Below are positions 39,130-50,310 of a DNA stretch of 64,000 nucleotides, in pieces. The stretch spans positions 59,892,001-59,956,000 of the forward strand of contig OZ038378.1 in NCBI GenBank assembly GCA_964036045.1. Reading direction: 5' to 3'. Under the pieces are notes generated by a model. That model had not been told where the DNA came from. It was given only the letters and a program-made list of their open reading frames with translations, and searched no databases. The stretch's first letter is position 1, and each line of letters begins with the position of its first letter. Source of the DNA: Eutreptiella sp. 'Long Island Sound 2002' (lineage: Eukaryota > Protista > Euglenida). The translations under genes were made by a program, and so were the position numbers.

Positions 39130-41440
39130 TAGGAGTAGCCGTCTAGGGGGTCCCAAACCCTTGAAAGTAGGGGACAAAATGAGCAGTAGCCCACAAGCAG
39201 GCCTGGTAGCTGCACAATGCGTGCCCTTTGGGGTGTCCCCAACACTTCACACCGGGTAACAAAATTAGAAGTGGCCCACAAGCAGGCCTGTTGCCTGCGT
39301 AATCCCTGCCATTTGGAGGTTCCCTAACGCTTCAGAACCGTGACAAAATCAGCTGAGGCCCACAGCTGGCTCTGGTGGCTCTCTAACCCCTACCGTCTAG
39401 AGGTTCCTAAAAGCTACAGAACGGGGGGGAACATCAAAAGCTTCCCACAAGTGGGCCTAATGGTTACGGGACCCCTGCCATCTCGGGCGTCCCCGGCGCT
39501 TTGCAGCGGGGGAGAAAATTAGGCGTAGCCGTCAGGTGGGCGTGGTGGCTACGTAGCCCATAGCATGTGTGCCGTCCCTAACTCTGCGAAGCGAGGGAGA
39601 AAATCAGCAGTGGCCCACAAGTGGGCTTGGTTGCAACATAACCCATGCCGCCCGAGGGTACCCAACGTTTCAGAGTTGGGACAAAATCATCAGTGGCCCA
39701 CACATGGCCCTAGTGGCTACGTAACACCTATCGTCTGCGGGTCCCAAACGCTTCAAAGCAGGGGACAAAATCACAAGTGGTCCGCAAGGGGGCCTCCTGG
39801 CAAAATAACGCCTACCATCCGTGTTGTCACCAACGCGTGGGAGCAGGCGACAAGATCAATAGTGGCCTTGAAAGGGGCGTGGTGGCAAGGTAAACCATGC
39901 CGTCTACAATGTCCCACACACTTCAAAGTAGGAACAATCCAGGGAAAGGCCCAAAAATGGGCCTGGTGGCTATTCGGCCCCTGCTATTTGGGGTGCCCCC
40001 AACACTTCAAAGTAGGCGACGAAATGAGCCATGGCCCACAAGGGGGCGTGGGGGCTAAAAAACCCCTGCCATCTAGGGGGTCCCAAGAGCTTCAGGGCAG
40101 GGACAAAATTACCAGCGGCCCACAAGCGGGCCTTACACACCACTTATACACCCCATCAGCCCCGAGTACCGAAAGCTGGGGGACAAAATGATCAGAGGCC
40201 GACAAGTGGGCCTGGAGGCTACAGAACCCCCGCCATCTGCCGGATCCGCGACTCTTCCAAGGTGAGAAAAAATCAGGAGTAGCCCACACATGGCCCTGGT
40301 GGCTACATAACCCACACCGTCTCGGGGGTCTAAAACGGTTCAAAGCGGGGACAAATTCAGAAGTGGCCCACAAGTGGGTCTCGTGGCTACATAACCCCCA
40401 CCATTCGAAGTAGATGACAAAATCAATACTGGCACACAAGGGGGCGTGGTGGCTACGTCCTCCCTACCATCTAGGGGGCCTCCAACGCTTTAGACTGGGG
40501 AACAAAATCTGCAACAGCCCACAAGTGGTCCTAATGGTTGCATAACCCGTGCCAGCTTGGGGGGTCCCCGACGCTTCAAAATGGGGGGCAAAACCGAGAA
40601 AAGCCTAACAGTGGGCGGGCCGGCTATGTAACCCCTTCCGTTTGAGGGGTCCCTAACGCTTCAAAGCAGGCCACCATATCACTAGTGGGCCACAAGGGGG
40701 CGTGATGGCTATATAACCCCTGCCATCCAGGGGGGACCCAAGGCTTCACGGTTGAGTTGCGCCGGGTTGGGTAGTAGGTGGGAGCGGACAACGCCCTATC
40801 TGTTAGGGGGGTGTTGGAGCGGTGCGGAGCAATGAGTGTGTGCGTGCAGGAGAGTTGCGGACCCCAAGGCCTGTTGTGGGTGGTGATAGCTCGTTGGTAT
40901 TGAAGTGCCAAATCTAGGTGTCCATGAGTTCATCAGGGATATGGGCTCCATGGGTAAGGGCAACCATCAATTGTCGCACATATACAGCAGGGGTTATGTA
41001 GCCATCAAGCCCACTTGTGGGGGACTACTAATTTTGTCCCCCACTCTAAAGCGTTGGCGCCCCCGTAGACGGTAGGGGTTGCGTAGGCACCAAGCACACT
41101 TGTGGGCTACGTCTAATTTGATCCCCTGATTTAGAGCGTTGGGGAGCCCCAAGCAGCATGGGGTTAAGTCGCCACTAGACCTACTTGTGGGCCACTGCTG
41201 ATTTTGTGCCCGCTCTCAAGCGCTAGAGACCCCCTAAATGGTAGGGGTTGCGTAGCCACCATGTCCACTTGTGGGTCACTTCTAGTTTGATCCCCCTTTC
41301 TGAAGCTTTGGGGACCCCTAGGACGGTAGGGGTTACATCGCCACCACGCCCACTTGTGGGCCACGGCTGATGTTGCCACCCGCTCCGTGGCATTGGCGAC
41401 ACCCTAAACGGTAGCGGTCACGTAGCCGGGAGGCCCACTT
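39130..41440. mobile_element. Foldback-like element: inverted arms of ~84-bp tandem units around a ~240-bp unique core
   Basis: Units (GTGGCCCACAAGTGGGCCTGGTGGCTACATAACC..GGGACAAAAT) are forward at 39130-40745 and reverse at 40985-41440. The core 40745-40870 is homologous, inverted, to 61150-61300. Confidence 0.65.
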
Positions 41441-41940
41441 GCAGGGAAGGGGGGTGTTGTCTGGTATGTAGTGCGTAGGCGGGGGAGGGGGTGTTGTCTT
41501 GTGTGTACGGGTGGGGGGGTGTCGTCTTTTGTGTGTAATGGGGGGGGGGGCTGTTGTGTGTATGGGGAGGGTGGGTGTCTTGTGTGTATATGGCGGCGGG
41601 GGGGGGTTGTTATCTGTGAACGCTGTTTTGGGCCTGTTTGCATAATGGTGGGCAAAACTTGGTTGGCCTATAGCCACCACTGTGCTTCGATTCAGACCCA
41701 GGTCTTAGAGAACTTTTCCTGTCGACATAGACCCCCGAACCAATGGGTCCCAGGTGCTATCTCCAAATTTCCAAGATCCACCCCCCTATGGGGCCGCACC
41801 GGTGAGGACTTACCAATAAGCACCACTGGGAGGGCCTAATTGGTGGTACAGGGCTCCCCAAAGGCTTGTACGTGAGAGACAACAATCCCCACCCCCTACA
41901 CACAAGACAACACAAGTGGCACATGTCTCCTGTTGACCAG

Positions 41941-42170
41941 GGTTTGTCATCACGTCCACAACCACTTGCTTGGCAATCGAGGCCTACGGACGTGTGGGGG
42001 CATTTGAGAAGATTCAACAAATTTTGCGCGACTTGACTGCTGACGGCAAGTCAATCGAGGACCAGGTGTACGCTGCCATAGCAGTGGCACTGTCGCGGAT
42101 GGGCAAAGTGACGGAGGTCAAAGAGCTTGTTGCTGATTTGGACAAGGCCGGAATGTGTTTGTCTAACGAG
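41941..42170 (+). CDS. Exon of a pentatricopeptide-repeat (PPR) protein
   Basis: CAG acceptor at 41938-41940 and GT donor at 42171. The peptide TTCLAIEAYGRVGAFEKIQQILRDLTADGKSIEDQVYAAIAVALSRMGKVTEVKELVADLDKAGMCLSNE fits two 35-aa PPR motifs. Confidence 0.75.
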
Positions 42171-42549
42171 GTCTGGGCATTTTGTCGCCGACCCCGCAGT
42201 ATTGCGAGCTGTAGTGCTGGGCAGAGGGATAGGGCTCTGTTCAAGGCGCACTGCGTGTTGTCGCACAAACCTGGCCCCACGCCCCTGCATAGCCCTCCAC
42301 CCCTCCGTTGAAAGACTGCATGTGACAGTACGGACAGTGCGGGATCCACAGGGCGCCACACTCCACATGTGCGCTGTGGACGTGATCCTCCAGTGTTTCC
42401 TCCCCCGAAAAGACACCACTAATGGTCCAATGCAGATGTTTTCGTCGGCCATGCTATTATGGGCTCCTTAGGATGGTATGGGAGAGCACACAATGTTGGT
42501 CCCACCCTCTCTTTCCATACCATCATCCTTTGCTTTCCATCACGGTCAG

Positions 42550-42665
42550 GCTTTTGCAGAGGTTTGCTTCAATCTCGTCGCCCACTACGGCAGTGCCCGA
42601 GATTTCAGCATGATCCATGCGATTTTGGCAGAGCTGCGGAACCGCTCCATTCCCATCAGCAGCAG
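42550..42665 (+). CDS. Probable next PPR exon
   Basis: (AFAE)VCFNLVAHYGSARDFSMIHAILAELRNRSIPISS is PPR-like and in phase with the previous exon. It is followed by GTGTGTGAG. The acceptor could be at 42549 or 42561. Confidence 0.55.
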
Positions 42666-43099
42666 GTGTGTGAGTTAATGGATGGGCATACACCAGCGTA
42701 GCCCCTCGTGGGCAACGACCGCCTTGTGCAACGATCACGTTTGGGTTAAATGGCGATTTTTCTGACTCCACTTTTTTCACAGCATGGTGCTTTCATAGCT
42801 GTGGAACGAGGGATCACGAGTTATGGTAGTTGTAGGACAAAAATCCAGGCATCCAGGACAACTTTTGATGTATGTGAAATGAAAATTGAGGCATGCAGGA
42901 CGAAGATTGAGGCAAGTAGCACCAAATTTGGGGTGGGCGTGATCACGTTTGTGTTTGTTTACCACTTCATTCTGATTCGTATTGAGGTCCTAATTCCGAT
43001 TCTAATGGTGACTCTGGATCGGACCCGAGGTTTGCTTGACTCCAGTACCGATTCTGGTTCTGAGGAGTCATGTAAATCTGGTGGTAATGAGCAATGCGT

Positions 43100-43400
43100 A
43101 GATATTATTGTGGATATTGTGGATATTGTTGTAGATAGTATTGGTATCGGGCAAAGGTAGCCAGAGATGTCTGGGGTGTGATGTATGTTTTCAATGGGAA
43201 GTCATATTTTATATACGACGTCATGGATGACAAAGCAGTCCCCAAGCACCCAGAGTCCAAGCTGAAGCCCAAGCCGGAACCTAAGCCCAAGGGCAAAGCA
43301 GCACCCAAGCCTGGCCCCAAGGGGTCTGCTGTCACATGCGGGAGCGCACTGGAAAATTTTGGTTGTCTGGGCTGCAAAAGTGCCCAAGGTCTTGTTCAAC
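43100..43400 (+). pseudogene. Short decayed coding fragment (YYCGYCGYCCR*YWYR.. followed by a PK-rich tract)
   Basis: The frame of ORF 43178-43438 extends upstream through a TAG into a CxxC-like cluster. Confidence 0.3.
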
Positions 43401-43934
43401 GACCACCCCTTGGTCGAGCGGCGAGTTTTTTTCCTTGAAAACACTACGGTGGACAGTGGTGACGCATTGCTGGTCGTTGCACAAGGGGGGAGGGGGCTAC
43501 ATGTCTCGGAGGGCGGAGGGTTTTCACACGGACCGAATGGCAAGCGCCCGTGCAATTGCGCGTCACAACGCTGTCAGTGATGCGCTGCAACCAACACGTC
43601 ACCAGCGAGTGGAATGCTGCAAAGGGCCCTGTGTGCAGCCAATCACCTCCCGGTGCCACTGGCTGCGGGGGGACGGGCCCCCGGGCGGGGACTGCCAGCG
43701 CTGATTGTGCTGGCCCTTGCTGGGCGGCCTCCGTGATGAGGGCGCCACATCGTCCTCATTGACCGGGGCCACCCCGGCGTTACTGCCTCTGTTCGGCCTC
43801 GTAGCGGGGCGCCAGTCAGGCCGTACACCGTGATGGAACGCACCTCTGAGTGGTGGACACAGTTGACCACGACGGGCGGGACTCCAGGCTAGGGGGCTAT
43901 GGCGCCCAGGGCCGCATGTGTATGTTGTAATACG

Positions 43935-44292
43935 TGTAATTTTATCCAGTAAATGTGTGTCACAAAAAAATTGTCAGGCCGTGTCAATTTTTTTTGCGGT
44001 AAGTCGTGTAAACCCTTACTCGCAGTACCGCATAAAAATGACAGGATGTGACAATTTTTTTTGTGCTCACGTTTGCCGCAAAAAAGACCCGGGGGGGGCG
44101 ACTCCGCGGGTCTTAGGACGCCAACTACCCCCCCCCCCCCCCCAAGGGGCCTCCGGCCGACAGTTAGTTGTCAAAGGTATGAGCCCAAGGAGCCAACGGG
44201 CGCCGAAGGCGCCCCGGCGCCGAAGGCGCCCAGTGGGGTTATGTAGCCACCTTGCCCACACGTTTGCAGTTGCATTCCAACCCCTATATATA

Positions 44293-44329
<37 letters not shown>

Positions 44330-45000
44330 TCGTATGTATGTATGTATGTCTTGTGGCATGGTGTAACTCTAATCCCATGGCCGCCTCAGGAGCCCACCCC
44401 CCTGAGGTTCCCAGTGTGGCTGGGAATACCCAAGCCGATGATACCCTACCCTCTACTGTGGGAACGGGCGGTGCGAACTGTCGGATCACACCTGGGCCGC
44501 ATACCCAACTGTTCGGAGGTGCCCGACACCCCCCCCCCCCCACGGGAACCCCGGGAACCCCCCCCCCCCCCCCCCGGGAACCGCCCCCCCCCCCGGGAAC
44601 CGCCCTCCCCGGCGCCCCTCCTAGACCCCCCCCTCCAAGCCCCCCCCCCCCCCCCCCCCCCCCCCCAGGGGCCTTCGGCCAACAGTTGGTTGGGGGGGTA
44701 GTTGGCGTCCAGGACCGAGGGGTCGCCCCCCCCGTGAAAAAAGAACTTCATGACTTGACAATTTTTGTTTATGCGGGTTTAGCGCGAAAAAAAAATTCCA
44801 CAATGTGACAATTTTTTTGTACACACATTTACCGCTAAAACATTTACATATTTTGACAATTTTTCTTACACGCGTTTACCATGAAAAAAAATCTCACGAC
44901 CGGACAATCTTCTTCCACACGTTTACCGCACCAAAAAATCGCACAACTTTACCGCTAAGACAAACATTCACAATTTTGCTGAAAAGAAAAATGCATGCAT
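43935..45000. repeat. AT-rich array of ~45-50-bp units (TGACAATTTTT..TTTACCGC), interrupted by a MITE
   Basis: The motif recurs at ~44048, ~44755, ~44805 and ~44855, and inverted at ~43940-43975. Confidence 0.6.
44088..44736. mobile_element. MITE (649 bp), C(A/C)CGGGGGGGG-type TIR, 8-bp TSD AAAAAAGA, internal (TA)n/(GTAT)n
   Basis: Imperfect ~40-bp TIRs (GGGGGGGGCGAC..GGACGCCAACTACCCCCC). TSD at 44080-44087 and 44737-44744. Confidence 0.85.
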
Positions 45001-45104
45001 GTAGCCAAGCTCCCCACTTGTGGGCCACTGCTGATTTTGTCTCCCGCTCTGAAGCGTTGGGGACCCAGGAGTTGCGTAGCCACCAAGCCCACTTGTGGGC
45101 CACT

Positions 45105-45670
45105 CTCCTCGGTTCTGGTATGCAATCCCCCCCCCCCCCTCCCTCCCCTCCGGGCCCACTTAGTTGCAAAGAGTCAACAGCTATTGGTCATACATATGGT
45201 GGCGCCGAAGGCGCCCGAAAAAATGTTGTCATTGCCCTTGCCCATTTTGTCCACTTTGCACCCCAACACCATCCTTGAACCCAACTTTGACTCTAATGCC
45301 CACCCCAACCCTCAGCCTGCTCCTAACCCTACCCTCAAACCTTACCCTTAACCCTAACCCTTGCCCTAGCCCTAACCCTAATCCGAGCCCTGCCCCTAGC
45401 CCTAGCTCTTACCCTAGGCTCGGGTTAGAGTGAGTGTTGGGGTCCACAAGGGAGAGCAATGATGTGGCAAAAGCAGCCATGAACGAAATTTGGGGGATCT
45501 TGTTCAGCCCAATTAACATGGCTGGCATGGCCAAATCAACTGACTGCAAAGGTTAGGGTTAGGTTTATGGTGATGGTATGGTTAGATTGAGGGCAAGGGG
45601 AGGTAAGGGAAGTCTGTGCCCCCCCCCCCCCCCCCCACCCCCCACCCCACCACCCCAAATCGCCCCACCT
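45105..45670. mobile_element. Truncated, rearranged second copy of the telomere-repeat MITE
   Basis: Shares CCCACTTAGTT..CATACATATGGTGGCGCC(G/A)AAGGCGCCCGAAAA and the CCCTAA tract with 25646-26216. Confidence 0.7.
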
Positions 45671-46237
45671 AGCCCCTCGCTTGGTAACGGGGCGGGGTTG
45701 GCTGCAATGCAGCTACAAAGCCAGAGCTGCAGCAATACCCCTTGTGCAGCAGCAGCAGTAGGTGCGCTGGAGCCTGGGTGCAGCTATTGCAGCACTCCCA
45801 TAGCCCCTCGATTGGTAACGGGGCGGGGGTTGGCTGCACTGGCACAAAACCCACCGTGCCCTCCACCCTATGCTAACGTGCATAGGGGTGGAGGCCCAAT
45901 CTTTCCACCCTGTGGTGGCATGCACATGGGTGGAGAACGGTCCCTTTGCCCTGTGCTGAGTGCACAAGGGTGGTGGCCATACCCTCCACCCTCTGCTGAC
46001 GTGCATGCCCCCCCCGCAGGTAGCCGCGAGGGGTCCTCACCCCCCCCTCTCCTACAGGTGCGCCGAGCCCCCCCCCCCTTGCTCGCTGCCCAGGGCACGG
46101 CGGTGTGCCCCCCCCCCCCCCCCGGCCCGCGTGGGCGGATGGGGTGTCCATCATACGCATGGCCGGCTGATATGCAGATTCGTCGGGAAGCCATCGTGCG
46201 CCCCCTAGGCGTCCTGTGAGCCTCAAGATCGGCCCTC

Positions 46238-46260
46238 AAATCAAATCAAATCAAATCAAT
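46238..46260. repeat. (CAAAT)n microsatellite, possibly a retroelement tail
   Basis: CAAATCAAATCAAATCAAATCAAT read directly. Confidence 0.6.
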
Positions 46261-46339
46261 CGCTCCACGTGGACCCCCTCCCCCAACTTGGACTCCCCGC
46301 CAACCTGCCCTCCCAACCGCCTCGGGGCGTCCTCACTGC

Positions 46340-46926
46340 TAGGTACCATCCCTCTCGCCCCGGCTAACGCAGACTAGCCACAGCCGGGGCGTGTTGCCTA
46401 CCTGGTGCCCTCCCTCCCACCCCGGCTAGCGCAAAATGGCCACAATCGGGGCGTGCATGTCTCTTGTCCACGCTCCCCTCGCTCCGGCTACCGCAACCGG
46501 CCGGGGCTTCCTGGTACCATCTATCCTCCCCCCGCCGCGGCTAATGCGGAGCGGCCACGGCCGGGGCGTGCTGGCTGCCTGGTGCCCCCCACACCGCCCC
46601 GGCTAGCGCACAACGGCCACAGCTGGGGCGCGCGATTCGCCTGCTGTCTTCCCTCCCGCCCCGGCTCACACGGAGCCCTATCCGCACACCCTCCCGCCCC
46701 GGCTAACACAAACCGGCTACAGCCGGGGCGTCGCTGCTGCTAGGTAGCTTCTCCCCTGTCCCGGTTGATGCACAACGGCCACAGCCGGGGCGTGTTGACT
46801 GCCTGGTGTCCTCCCTCCCGCCCCGCCTAATGGAGAACGGCCACAACCGGCACATGCATGTCCCTTGCTCGCACTCCTTGCCGCCCCATCTAACACAGAC
46901 CGGCTACAACCGGGGCGTCCCTGCTG
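46340..46926. repeat. Tandem array of ~62-65-bp hairpin-containing units; continues at 53918-54065 after the transposon
   Basis: Units carry CGCCCCGGCT..AGCCGGGGCG stems (e.g. 46356-46391). About ten units lie left of the insertion and two to the right. Confidence 0.8.
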
Positions 46927-47568
46927 TTAGGCTTAGGCCACGCAAACTGCCCACCCCCGTGGCACACTTTTGCCCGGTTCTACACCCAAAAAGAGCAGTG
47001 TAAAAAACTCCCCTTTTTTGAACGTGTATTTTCGCGGCCGATGAAGTTAGGGGTTCAAAACACCCTTTCTACACTACTACTTCATGATGATTGAAAATGC
47101 TGATCTCAAAAGTATGTTTCCCATGATTGCAGCTGGGGCCAGCAACTTCCTTGACGAAAAGTACTTGTGGGATGTCCCCCAATTACATTTGTTGGTGATA
47201 TTCAATCGTGCACATGTTGGTTACTATAGTCACCGCGTATTGGACATGTCTTGTTACTTTGTATCTTTGGTATCAAGTTTATCATTGAAGCAGCTGGGGC
47301 CAGCACCTTTGCAAGCAATTTCACCTTTCCTTGGTTCTTTTTGGCAGAAAGGTGCGGGTGCCAGCACCTGCTGACTCAAATGGTCTTCTCGAATCCCCCT
47401 TTGGCTCAAAGTAGCTGCTGCCAGCACCTTTCAATGCAATCGAGTCTCTGAGATGATGTCCCGGACTATGAGTGCTGGCACCAGCACCAACTCCATTGAG
47501 CAACCTGGTTAGTACCATTCCCATATCCATTCCACCGATGTTTATCTTCATAAGGTACGTGCATCTCA

Positions 47569-49845
47569 TTGAAGGATAGGGAGTGTGCTGTGTTTTGCCA
47601 CCATGTGCATCGTGTCTTTTACTTGCATCACCAGACTTTTGTAATGAAAATTTCCTACTCCGTTGTTCGGCATCTACTACGTACTGGACATTATTCAAAT
47701 GGGTCTTCTTTATTACGTGATGCCCATGCTGGCGAGCCGGGGGTTCTGATGTTAGTGCACCTATTGGCTCAGGTCCGCTGCAACCGTCGTACTCGTAAGA
47801 CTGTACCTCAAATTGTTGTTGCAAGTAAGCAAAATAGGAAGCCTCGTTGGTTGTCCGTTTTCACGAAACATTTATATATGCTATGGTCTGTCCTGCACAA
47901 GGCTGCACGTCCAACTAGTAAGGTATCACGGAAAGACACACTTACAGGTCAACCTTTGACGCAGGGTGTTCGCCGTGTTTTAGCAAACCGTGGTGTTGTT
48001 ACCAATCGCCCTGTACCACTAACTGCCAAGGCTACCTCGGCTGCACAACAACTGTGGTCGTCCATGTCAAACCACCAAATGGCTATGTGGTTTGATAACT
48101 GGTGGTGGAAGAGGTCTACTACTTACCCAGAGCATCCCAATCCCACCATGAACCTGACAGTGTTTGCAATGTTGCACACTACAGACCTATGTCCCTTCCC
48201 TGGGCATCCGTCTTTGGTAACCGTGTTGGGACAGCTGGACTCAGCTGTGCATTCCACTGCTACTGCACTTCGCTCCTTGAACGATGTTACATGGGTTTCG
48301 CTTGATGCGGAGCCTGAGTTTATTCGTGTTCCCCTCGATATTAAACGGGACAACGTTAGGTCACTACAATTCCGGCCACTGTTGTTGACCGATTTGACTA
48401 CCGGTGGGATCCTTGATTTGCTACACATTCTACAAGAGATCCAGGACATACAGCGGCACACCCGGCACCCCATGCCCCTAATAATTGATATGAAAATACA
48501 TTTTTATTTACTGCGTTTTTTGTACGGGGAGTCATATGTGCAGTACAATTTCCATGAGCATCTGTCCCTGTTGCCTTGTATGTACGGTGCGTGGCACCCT
48601 TACAAACACACTGCCCTTGAGGTATACAAGGCCTTCTTTCCTATCTTTGCTGCCTTGGAAAACTGTAATTTGCAAGTTGGTGCCATGGTGTACCACCACT
48701 GTAAGCTGCTCCACATTGAGAAAGTGGTAGCAGCACTACTACTTGTAGGTAACTCTGTTCGTGTACGTATTCAACGCAAATCGGAATGGTTGCAACTGGC
48801 ACGAGCATCTCTCTCATCAGTTCAAGTGGATACAGCTACCCGTTGGTTGCAAGGACGGCAGTCCTTGCTGTTTAGTTATGTCCCTGCGCTTTTTGCGTTA
48901 GGCGTACAGGTACGCAACTGCAACTGGTCAGGGCGACAGCCAGGCACTGGTCAGGCAGCCCACATAGTTTTGCAATGGAGCCTGTTGCTACATCTGTTTC
49001 TTACTGGCGATTGGGACGCCAAAACAGAATACGTTCGCAGTTTGAGTGTCACACTTGCAGTGTGGCAGGAGTGGATGAGTAATACCCTAGGTTGTTTCTT
49101 TGCCGAAAAAATTGGTGAGGCCCTGTTGTCCCGGCTCTCCGCCCGGGTCAAGCTCCATCCAACTGCATTATCGCAACCCGCTCTAATGGACTTGTTCCTC
49201 AGCATGCCACACCCGCGCATGGGCACCAAAACCCTTCGCGGCAAGCTACGCACTGGTCTGTGCGATCTTTTTCGAGCACGCCTCCGTCGCTTTATCGCCT
49301 GGTGTACCAGTCCCCAGCTTTTGTTTGCCCCATTTACTACAGCTAAAACCACTGCTTTTGTTGGCCTTCTACCTGAAGGCCACACGTTTCCCAAGCCCAT
49401 CCCTGATTCTGTTAATGAGGCTGCTCTGCGAAAGGTTTTTCGCAGGAGTGTGCTCTTATTATTATCCAACCGGTCCCCTCCGGAAGGTGTAACTGAGTAC
49501 TTGGATCAATGCAATTTTAGGAGAGACCCTGCAGAGGTTGCACAGCTCACTAGCCTAATGGAACGGTTCCGCACACGGAACAGGCGCGGGAAAGGGGGGG
49601 GGGAGGGCAAGGGTAAGGGTGCCCCTGATGCCGATGATGCTGATGCACCAGATCGGTTTGTGGGGGTAGAGGATGACCACATATCCGTGTCCAGTGCTGA
49701 TTCCCTTGGCTCCCTGAGGCATCTGGTAGATGATGTGGATACCATGAGTGATGCCCCCCCCCGCCCCTTTGTTTTGTTTCAAGAGGAAGACGAATTCAAT
49801 TTGCCTCCCAGTGACGAGGAGGAGGGGGCAGTGTTCCAAGAATAA
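47569..49845 (+). CDS. DDE (RNase H-fold) transposase, Academ/DUF6589-like; first ATG at 47644
   Basis: 758-codon uninterrupted ORF between the TIRs. Motifs by eye: WFDN (D176), IIDMK (D307), YGAWH (H343), VQVRNCNW, EYVRSL, FFAEKIGE (E513/E517) and an acidic tail. Their order matches the Academ pattern DN..D..GxxH..RxxxW..YxR..E. Confidence 0.8.
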   Translation: MKDRECAVFCHHVHRVFYLHHQTFVMKISYSVVRHLLRTGHYSNGSSLLRDAHAGEPGVLMLVHLLAQVRCNRRTRKTVPQIVVASKQNRKPRWLSVFTKHLYMLWSVLHKAARPTSKVSRKDTLTGQPLTQGVRRVLANRGVVTNRPVPLTAKATSAAQQLWSSMSNHQMAMWFDNWWWKRSTTYPEHPNPTMNLTVFAMLHTTDLCPFPGHPSLVTVLGQLDSAVHSTATALRSLNDVTWVSLDAEPEFIRVPLDIKRDNVRSLQFRPLLLTDLTTGGILDLLHILQEIQDIQRHTRHPMPLIIDMKIHFYLLRFLYGESYVQYNFHEHLSLLPCMYGAWHPYKHTALEVYKAFFPIFAALENCNLQVGAMVYHHCKLLHIEKVVAALLLVGNSVRVRIQRKSEWLQLARASLSSVQVDTATRWLQGRQSLLFSYVPALFALGVQVRNCNWSGRQPGTGQAAHIVLQWSLLLHLFLTGDWDAKTEYVRSLSVTLAVWQEWMSNTLGCFFAEKIGEALLSRLSARVKLHPTALSQPALMDLFLSMPHPRMGTKTLRGKLRTGLCDLFRARLRRFIAWCTSPQLLFAPFTTAKTTAFVGLLPEGHTFPKPIPDSVNEAALRKVFRRSVLLLLSNRSPPEGVTEYLDQCNFRRDPAEVAQLTSLMERFRTRNRRGKGGGEGKGKGAPDADDADAPDRFVGVEDDHISVSSADSLGSLRHLVDDVDTMSDAPPRPFVLFQEEDEFNLPPSDEEEGAVFQE

Positions 49846-50310
49846 TTCCCCGCCCCCCTGCCTAACTATAGGGTAGGGTTACGCTTGTCTGCATGAGTAG
49901 CTGGTGCCAGCAATTCCCCCCTATTGTTCCTGCTTTCCTCGCTGCACATTGCACACACACCGTTGTCTGTTGTCTGTCGCACTGTTTTGTGTTCGGTCTG
50001 TTTGGTCTGGATGCAATGGAATCAAAGTCTGTCACGTGTACTGACCAGTCACGGAAACATGATCATTTGAGACGGCCGTCTCCTTCCAGGGCTTTGGAAC
50101 AAGTGCGCAATTTACCAGTGCCATGTCAGTAGTAGCGAAGCGGATGCCGCTGTCGGGGATTAATTGACTGCGATGTGCGCTGCCCTTCGTATGCACAGAG
50201 CCACTGACACACCGCTCAATTTGCGCCATTTTCTGCTGAAACTGCTGTTCCATTACCGATTTCTGTCGATTTGCCGCACCATTTCCCTTCAAATGAGACT
50301 CTTCATCATA

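Noticed and set aside
46340-46926. CRISPR or REP array interpretation of the hairpin repeats
   Set aside because: Whole units, including the inter-hairpin parts, are homologous, so it is a tandem repeat.
47290-47490. CRISPR-like repeat-spacer pattern
   Set aside because: Repeats are short (~18 bp) and degenerate, spacers share similarity, there are no cas genes, and the context is a eukaryotic transposon end.
47321-47824. Minus-strand 167-aa ORF overlapping the transposase start
   Set aside because: It is antisense to the transposase and the palindrome region, with no recognisable motif.
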